Positions 55,165-64,000 of a stretch of DNA of 64,000 nucleotides are shown in pieces. Both the position numbers and the translations under genes were made by a program. This DNA comes from the human T2T-CHM13v2.0 reference genome, Homo sapiens. The stretch lies in NCBI RefSeq assembly GCF_009914755.1, contig NC_060941.1. One strand, given 5' to 3'. The notes under the pieces were generated by a model. The model saw nothing but the letters and a program-made list of their open reading frames with translations, had not been told where the DNA came from and ran no database searches. Position 1 is the stretch's first letter. Every line of letters starts with the position of its first letter.

Positions 55165-58100
55165 TACTCTATGGAAAACAGTGTGGAGGTTCCTCAGAAA
55201 ACTAGAAATAGATCTACCATATGACCCAGCAGTGCCACTGCTGGGTGTACAGCTGTACTTCGTTTTATCGGACTTTACCATATTACACTTTGCCGATAGT
55301 GTGTTTATTAAAAATTGAAGGTTTGTGGTAACCCTGCATTGCACAAGCCTTTTGGCACTATTTTTCCAACAGTATGTGTTCACTTGGTGTCTCTGTCATA
55401 TTGTGGTGGTTCTAGCAATATTTCAAGTTTTTCATTATTATTATATGTGCTATGTTGATCTATGATCAGTGATCTTTGATGTTACTATTGTTATTGTTTG
55501 GGGGCACCATGAGCCACACCCATATAAGATGGTGAACTTCATAAATGTTACGTATGTTCTTCTGACTGCTTCACCAACTGGCCGTTCTCCCATTTCTCTC
55601 CCTCTCCTTGGGATTCCTGTTCCCTGAGACACAACAATATTGAAAGTAGGCCAATTAATAACCCTATAATGGCCTCTAAGCACTCAAGTGAACAGAAGAG
55701 TCGCAGGTCTCTCACTTTAAGTCAAAAGCTAGAAATGAGTAAGCTTAATTTTGAAGGTAGGTCGAAAGCCAAGACAGGCCAAAAGCTAGGCTTCTTGAGC
55801 CAAACAGTTAGCTGCATTGTGAATGCAAAGGAAAAGTTCTTGAAGGAAATTCAAAGCACTACTCCAGTGAACACACAAATGATTAGAAAGTGAAACAGCC
55901 GTATTGCTGATATGAAGAAAGTTTGAGTGTCCTGGATAGAAGATTAAACCATCCACAACATTCCCTTAAGCCAAAGCCTAATCCAGAGCCAGGGCCTAAC
56001 TCTCTTCAATTCTGTGAAGGCTGAGAGAGGTAAGGAAGCTACAGAAGAAAGGTTTGAGCTAGCAGAGGTTGGTTCATGAGGTTTAAGGAAAGAAGCCATC
56101 TCTATAACAAAAAGGTGCAAGGTGAAGCACCAAGAAATGATGTAGACACTGCAGCAAATTTTCCAAAAGATCTAGCTAAGATCATTGATGAAGGTGGCTA
56201 TACTAAACAACAGAGTTTCAATATAGACTACACAGCCTTATATTGGAAGAAGACACCATGTAAAAGTTATAGCTGGAGATAAATCCATGCCTGGCATCGA
56301 AGGACAGGCTGACTTTTGTTAGTGGGCAATGTAGTGGGTGACTTTAAGTTGAAGCCAGTGCTCATTCACTGTTCCAAAAATCCTAGGGTCTTTGAGAATT
56401 ATACTAAATCTACTCTTCCTGTGCTCTGTAAATGGAACAGCAAAGCCTGGATAACAGCACATCTGTTTACAGCATGGTTTGCTGAATATTTTGAGCCCAC
56501 TGTTAAGACCTACTGCTCAGGAAAAAAAATCCTTTCAAAATATTACTGCTTATTGGCAGTGTACCTGTTATCCAAAAACTCTGATGGAGATGTACAAGAA
56601 GATTAATGTTATTTTCATGCCTGCTAACACATTTATTCTTCAGCCTATGGATCAAGGAATAATTTTGACTGTCAAATCTCATTACTTAAGAAATTTACTT
56701 TTTAAGACAATAGCTGCCATTGATAGTGATTCCTTTGATAGATCTAGGCAAAGTAAATCAAAAGCCTTCTGAAAGGATTCACCACTCTAGAAGCCGTTAA
56801 AAACATTCATGATTCATGGGAAGGGACATTAATTAACTCCAACATAAACTGAAGTTAGTAGGAGTTGATTGCAACCCTTATAGTGGATGACTTTGAGGAC
56901 TTCAAGGTTTCAGTGGAGGAAATAACTTTAGATGTGGCGGAAATAGCAAGAGATCTAGAATTAGAAGTAGAACTTGAAGATGTGACTGAATTGCTGCAAT
57001 CTCATGATAAAACTTGAATGGATGAGGAATTGTTTCTTGCAGATGAACAAAGGAAGTGCTTTCCTGAGATGGAATCTACTCCTAGTGATGATGCTGTGAA
57101 CATTGTTGAAATGCCAGCAAAGGATTTAGAATATTACATAAACTTAGTTGGTATAGCAGTGGCAGGGTTTGAGAGGATCGACTCCAATTTTGAAAGAGGT
57201 TCTACTGTGAGTAAAATGCTATCAAATAGCACCGCGTGCTACAGAAAAATGTTTCCTGAAAGGAAGAGTCAATTGATGCAGCAAACTTCATTGTCGTGTT
57301 ATTTTAAGAAACTGCCACAACCACCCCAACCTTCAGCAAACACCACCCTGATCGATTAGTAGCCACCAACATTAAGGCAAGACCCATCATAAGTAGAAAT
57401 GGCCCACTAAAGGCTCAGGTGATCTTTACCATTGTTTAGCAATATAGTATTCTTAAGGCATGTACATTGTTTTTAGTCATAATGGTATTACACACTTAAT
57501 AGATTACAGTATAGCATAAACATAAATTTTATATGCACTGGGAAACCAAAAAAAAAATGATGTGACTTGCTTTATTGGATTCTTAGCTTTATTGCAGTGG
57601 TCTAGAACCGGTCCTGCAATATCTGTGAGGTATGCCTTTATATCCAAAGGAATAGAAATCAGTCTTTCAAAGAGATACCGGCATTCCATGTTTATTGCAG
57701 CACTATTCACAGTAGCCAAGGAATGGAATCAACCTAAGTGTCCATCAGTGGGTGAATGGACAAAGAAAATATGGCATACATACACAATGGAATACTATTC
57801 CACCATAAAAAAGAATGAAATTCTATCACTTGCAGCAACATAGATGGAATTGGAGGTCATTTATGTTAAGTGAAATAAGCCATTCACAGGAAGACAAATA
57901 TTGTATGTTCTTATTCAAATTGGGAGCTAAAAAGGTTGATCTCATGGAGGTAGACAGTAGAATGATGGTTACCAGAGGCTGGGAAGGTTAGCGGGGGCTG
58001 GGATGTGGGATTTAGAGAGGTTAGTTAAGAGGTACAAAAACACAGACGAAATAAGTTCAAGTGTTCAATAGCTACAGTAGGGTGACTATAGTTAACAAGG

Positions 58101-58260
58101 ATTTATTGTATATTTCAGAATACATAGAAGATTTGAAATGGTCCCTTCACAAAGAAATGATCAATGATCCCAGTTACTCTGATTTGATCATTACACATTA
58201 TATGCATGTATCAAAATATCCCATGTACTATATTAATATATACATTTTTTTAATTAAGAT
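55165..58260 (+). mobile_element. L1MA 3' fragment interrupted by Tigger1 (55165-55249 and 57639-58260)
   Basis: ctatggaaaacagtgtggaggttcctc...ctgctgggtgTA resumes as TAtatccaaagg...caacctaagtgtccatca...atcattacacatta. Confidence 0.85.
55250..57638 (+). mobile_element. Near full-length Tigger1 (TcMar/pogo) DNA transposon with decayed transposase
   Basis: Degenerate termini (cagctgtacttcg... / ...gaggtatgcctt), TA TSDs at 55248-55249 and 57639-57640, 2389 bp. ORF fragments [23 protein letters not shown]..., ...[11 protein letters not shown]...WNSKAW..., LQPMDQGII, MDEELFL... match the Tigger1/TIGD1 transposase, broken by stops and frameshifts. Confidence 0.93.
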
Positions 58261-58489
58261 TTGAGGTGCTATATGTGCCTGAGGAGTTATAGGGGATGCC
58301 GGTGGAACGACCATTACATGTGGCAGCTGGACTGGGCAACGGCCGATCGCCACTGTGCTCTGAGGAGAGAAGGCAGAGCTTCCCCCTTTATCTGCTGGCT
58401 GGTGAAGTCCTGAGAACCGGGCAGTCAGCTAAGCACCAAGTTTTCTCTGACTACAGAGCTCCTATCAAACGGATGGGTAGAAAAGGAAT

Positions 58490-58750
58490 GTTGTCATAAT
58501 AGCTAACCCTTCTTTAGTGCTTCTTATAGTCTGGGCACTGGACTGAGGTTTATATGTGTTATATCATTAAAACTCAATCTCTGGGAATGACTGTTAGTAC
58601 TTGGTAGGTATACTATTATTATTGTCGTTTTACAGATGAGAAAACTGAGGCCCAGAGAAAGTGAGCAAAATGGTGCTGGGGGCGATTAATAGGTGGCAGG
58701 GCTGGAACATGAAGCCACAGTCTGGCACCAAAGCCCATTCATGGAGCCCC
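58490..58750 (-). mobile_element. MIR
   Basis: ttttacagatgagaaaactgaggcccagagaaagtga core. Confidence 0.8.
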
Positions 58751-61232
58751 AACTCAATGGGCTGCTTCTCAGTAGAAGGCTTTGCCTTGTGGAAGGTAGT
58801 AGAATGTCTAAAATCATCAGAACACCTGTGTGGATGGTACAACACGGTGACAGATATGTACCAGGGACCTAGATGTGGAGGGAGTGAGGAGGAAAGGAGC
58901 AACATATGCACCTCTGGGGAGGCCCTAAGGTCTCCTCAGCCAATTCCTAGGGAATTTAATTTTAAAGGACACAGAGAGGGTAGTTTTTAACACAGGTTTT
59001 ACTTTTAAGTCATGAGGGATGACTTTCTAAGCCACAGTTCCTTCTGATACGGTCTTAAAAGAGAAGCACCATGAAGTGATAAACACATCAGTCCAGGAAG
59101 ATTTAGAGACAGCCTAGTAGAGGAGGATTGGAAACAGTGTGGCTGTGTCCCTGAGGGTGCTGGTGCTAAACCCACGGCACAGTCCATATCAGTCAAAGCT
59201 TCATTCTCCTTGTGCCCACACTATGCTGATCTGCCCCAGTGCAACAGGGAGACGCATATGGTCAAGAGAATGTGTCTTTCACGAATAGATTTTCTCCTTC
59301 GACCATGGTGAGAAGTCCTTGTAAAGAAGCATACATGAATATATGGATGTGTTGGGCATCAGCTGTGCGTGTGGCCCTCAGCCAGGTGAGTGGAGGAAGT
59401 TGGAGGCATTCAGTGTTCACCTCCATGTGCTTTTCAGAGACATACCTGGTGAGCTGTCTGCAGATACACAGCGTAGGGGGAGAGATACGCACGTGAAAGC
59501 AGCACAGGGCATGTAGCTAGCACTTGGTAAATATTAGTTTCCTTCCCCTTTCTGTGTGTAAGGCAAGTTGTACGAGCAAAGCATCCGCAGCTCAGAATGC
59601 AAAAATAGATCTCCATGTGGGGATGTGGCCTCTTTTCCCCAAGTGTGGACCAGATGTCAGGCCGCCTTGTGAGTACTCAAGGAATGTTACGGCTTCCTTC
59701 TTCAGGACTTCACTGCTTCTCTCCATATGGAGAAGGCTCCCTTTCCATGCACTTCCTGGATCTGAAAAACAAGAACAAGAAAGAGGATGGCTCTAAAGTC
59801 TCAGGAAATGGACCTTTCTATATCCTCCCTTTTAAAAAGCATTTGTATGTAGGTTTTTTAGGTCTTGCTGTCAAGTCGGATACACAGCTGTCATCTGTTA
59901 TATCGGTGATTTAATAACATAATAAAAATTTATAGAGAACCACAAGCTCATGGATGTTTGTTTTGGAGTGCATTTATTCATCATTAGTATGGGTATTTTT
60001 AATCATTTACTGAGGGCCTAGCAAGGTGCTGGTAATTCAGAGATAAGGAAGATGTCATCCTTTAAACTTGAGAAGCTTATGAATGGCGAAGAGATATAAT
60101 TAATTGTGAATGGAGTGTGGTAGATAGCATCAGGTTGTATATGAGGTAGAATCAGGAAAGCAAGAATGGCCAGCTCTGAATAGAGTGAGGAGGGAAGATC
60201 GGAGATGATCCTTGAGTTGTGTCTTGAAGAATGAGCAAAAATTATATTCATGGAAAGAAAGGATACAATATAAGTGACTTGTTGAGTTTTTCTTGGCTGA
60301 TACTAAGAATGAATTTTCATTAAATATGCACCAGTAATTCACAGGAAATGATCAGGTCAGAATGTTATGGGACATTGGTCTGAAATATAATGAGAGGGGA
60401 AAAAAACAGAAAATTTAAAACGTTTATTTATGATGGCTAATATTCAGAGGGGCTAACTCCCTCCTGCCCAGATAAGGAGAACTTTGCCGCCTGGCAAGGG
60501 ACCTGCGGCTCTGCACTGCCAGGGCAACAGAACCACACGTCTCAAACGTGGTGTTTAAAGAAGATGTTGGAAGGTTAGAGGCGGTGTAATGGATGGGATT
60601 TGACAGTTGCTGTGGCAACACACCCACTTCCAGAACATTAGTGTTAGTGGGAGGGCAGGCAAACTCGTGGTACTTGCCCTGGGCTGCCCTATGTCCCGTA
60701 CCACCTGTTCTATGCCAAAGGTATGAACAAATTCAAAAGGACAAATGCCTCACATGGCTGATGGCTGCCTGCCTTTGTAGAACTGACCCTGGAATAAGAT
60801 AAGAAGATGAGTAAATCAGAGAAAAGACAACAGGGAAATAGCGTGGAGGAGGAGGGGGAGGCCAGAGCAAGCAGTGTTAACTCCTTTCAGGTCAACATTT
60901 CCCAGGGTTATATTAGAATGTATTGACTAACTGGTAGATTTTTATGGGGAAAAAATGCATATGGCATCTGTGTGTCTAAAATGCCCTTGATAGAAGCAGT
61001 AGTGTAGAATGCTTTGGGGCATAAATAGTCCTTAGAGTAGCAAAAAGACAGGTTAATGCAAAATTGGTTGGACAGGTTTTGGTTGGAGGCCTGAGTGATT
61101 GCCTCCGGAGCACCACCTTCTGGGGAGTCATGGGTATGACATGGTGTGAATATTCCTGAGGTGTGGGTGGTTGGTTTCCTTACAAGGTAGGGTTTGCAAG
61201 CTCCTTACATCCACAGGGGCTGTTTCCTCTGG

Positions 61233-61960
61233 ACCAGTCGTTCTCAATCTTGGCCTCACATGAGAATTACCAGTGATTTTTTTAAAAGAAATTTAAACAT
61301 TTTATTACAAAATTAATATACGATTGTTGTAAAATAGGACTGTATAAAGAGTAACTTGAGTTCCCATATTCCATTTCCAGATTTAACTGTCCACAGTTTC
61401 TGCGTACTCTTCCAGACGTTCCCTTTGTGTTTATAAGCATTTATATACATATATATGGGGGTGGGTGTGTATATATTGTGTGTATGGAAATATGGAAATA
61501 TATGTATATGCATACAATACATAGTGTTATGCATCTTGCCTTTTTCATTCAATATTTTTTGGAGATTTTTCCATATTAATACATATAGATCTGCCGGCTG
61601 CATAGAACCTATGATCTGGATATGCTATAATTTACTTAACAATGCCTCTAGGGATTTAGATTGTTTTCATCGTTGGATTCCATTCTTTGTACACTTGTGT
61701 GGTATATCTAAAGTTTTCATTCCTAGATGTGGAATTGCTGGATCAAAGTGTGTAGGCTCCAAAAGAATTGAACTAGTTCACACTCCCACTAAAAGTGTGT
61801 GAGAAAGCTGTTTCCTCTTCCATTCAAAAAAATTTTTTTTTTTTTTTACAGAGCCCAGGCCCCATTTTCAGATCTTCTGGGTGAGGTTGGAGGGGAGCTA
61901 AGTATCTGTACTTTTACAGAGCTCCACAGGTGAGGCTGATCTGTAACCAGGGTTGAGAAC
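61233..61960. mobile_element. MER5A split by an old antisense L1M fragment (~61290-61830)
   Basis: cagtcgttctcaatcttggc...gaattacc left end, gctccacaggtga...ccagggttgagaact right end, L1ME-like 3'UTR between. Confidence 0.6.
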
Positions 61961-62724
61961 TTACATATGTTCTTATCTATGGCCTTAGATAGAGGGTGTA
62001 AAATTAGGAGACGCAGCTCCCACTGATGATGCCTGGGTCATGTCCTTTCAGATCCAAATTGCAAGATCTCCTTTAATGTGGTTAATTGGGAGAAATTGAA
62101 TGACCCATTTCTTCTGAAATTTCTGTTAAACTGGAGGTCTTTATTTAGACAAATGTAAACATTAATCCATCTTTATTAAGATAATGTATGATTAAAGCAA
62201 CAAGGTACCATCTAGGTTCTGTTTGATACTTTTCTTGTTATTCTGTAGTTATTTGTTCATAAACCATTTTTTCTTCTTATAGGCTTTCAAGGAAGAATTA
62301 TCTAATTCCTTTTGGTGTGGCCTCAGATTTCATTAGCAGTAGGTAGAGTTTGTAGTTATTGAAAGTCTTTCTCTTATTTCAGTTTGAAATGTTCCCAGGT
62401 TGGCACATAGCTTTGGGAACTGGAAGTGTCTCTTTTCCCTTGCTTAGGTAGCCTCAATAGATTGAAAGAAAATGGACATCTCTTCTTCAGAAAACCTGTT
62501 CTAAGAATTATCCATCTTAGGAAATTAGGGTGGTTATTGCTCTTCTTTACTGCCTGCCTGAAAAAAATTTCCCAGCCCTCATTTCTTTCATCCTTTCCTT
62601 TGAGGCCATGACTTGTCACCCTCTGCTGTGTTCCTCTGTCCCCTGAGCAGCTGTAAGGGGTGAGAGTCACCTACCCTCACCCCTTACACTCCCACCAACC
62701 TGAGGACCACGTGTCTTCATCTAA

Positions 62725-63067
<343 letters not shown>

Positions 63068-64000
63068 TGAAGAAACTGAGTCCTGTCTACTCCCACCCAG
63101 CATTTGCCTGGCATATCTTCACAGTTGGTCTCCTTATCAACCAACTGACTCCCATGATTAGGTCAGATTAGATCCCCTGTTCAGGGGATTTATGTGGGGA
63201 ACTACACACTGATTGGGACAGGATTTTGTCAATGTACTCAAATGACAAAGGACTTCAGAGATGTTGGAATATTCTTGGTCTACCCAAAGGTTGCAGACCA
63301 CGGTGGCATTTCCTTCTTATATAGGTCCTGGTGGGCATGGGCTTGAGAAGCTGAAAGAAGACGCATGGAACTCAGAATCTGATCTTTTGATGATGACTTC
63401 ATATATATGGTCTGTTTACCCACGAGGCACACAAACCTTACCTTATGCCTGTGAAATATAAAGGCAGATTTTTGTCCCATGAAGGTTTCTCCATAGACTA
63501 CATTAAGCAGGAGACAGATGGGTTTAGCTTGGCTAATCTTAGTGCAAGCTGGAAAATTTCAGTTTTTCTGAAACAACATATTTCTAAGAAATTGTCTGGT
63601 CTAGAATGTTATTCTAGTGTATGTTAGGGATCTGTATGACTGTAAAGCAAGGCTGAATTACTGCAGGCCTATAAATATGTGTGAAAATTTACCTACTTCT
63701 CCCTACCAACATGGAGGTGGAAAGAAGTAGGTTTAATAAACCCCATTTTTATTACGTGTGTAAATCAGTGGCTGTTTGGCCATTTTTCTCCTATGTAGGA
63801 CTTGAATTTATATGAGAAAACTTGAGTGTATGCCTTTTCCCAAGTCTTGGCTTGCATCTGAATGTAAAAATCAGATGCATGCTCAATGAATGTTAATTCA
63901 GATTATAGATAGCTATAAACTATATAGGCTGCTCTGTGGTCTTTCCTTTCCCTCTGCCTGCATGACTGAAGACCAAACTGTCACTTCCTTATAATCTAGT

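Noticed and set aside
55669-57017. Functional or domesticated transposase (TIGD1-like gene)
   Set aside because: Multiple in-frame stops and frameshifts; a fossil copy.

Overview
Primate (almost certainly human) genomic DNA containing the 5' part of HLF (hepatic leukemia factor, PAR-bZIP transcription factor) on the + strand. It holds the CpG-island promoter (~29.8-31.4 kb), coding exon 1 (ATG 30492, donor after 30606), exon 2 (32758-33093) and the first ~31 kb of intron 2; no PAR/bZIP exons are recognisable in the window. The upstream ~29 kb is intergenic and rich in repeats (Alu, L1, L2, MIR, MaLR LTRs, MER DNA transposons), and a near full-length Tigger1 sits in intron 2. The most striking unexplained structure is an orphan CpG island ~26.5 kb upstream of HLF. 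In 100 bp it packs a tandem CACGTG-N6-CACGTG E-box pair, an ETS/NRF1 site, a perfect RORE and a third E-box, and D-boxes flank it: all three circadian cis-element classes in one module, a candidate distal clock-integrating, autoregulatory enhancer. HLF also shows layered translational control: a 5'UTR G-quadruplex, uORFs, an AUG-less alternative first exon, a CUG start and an overlapping frame in exon 2. Repeat subfamily calls and old-repeat boundaries are by eye and approximate; nearly all other ORFs in the track are repeat-derived or chance.
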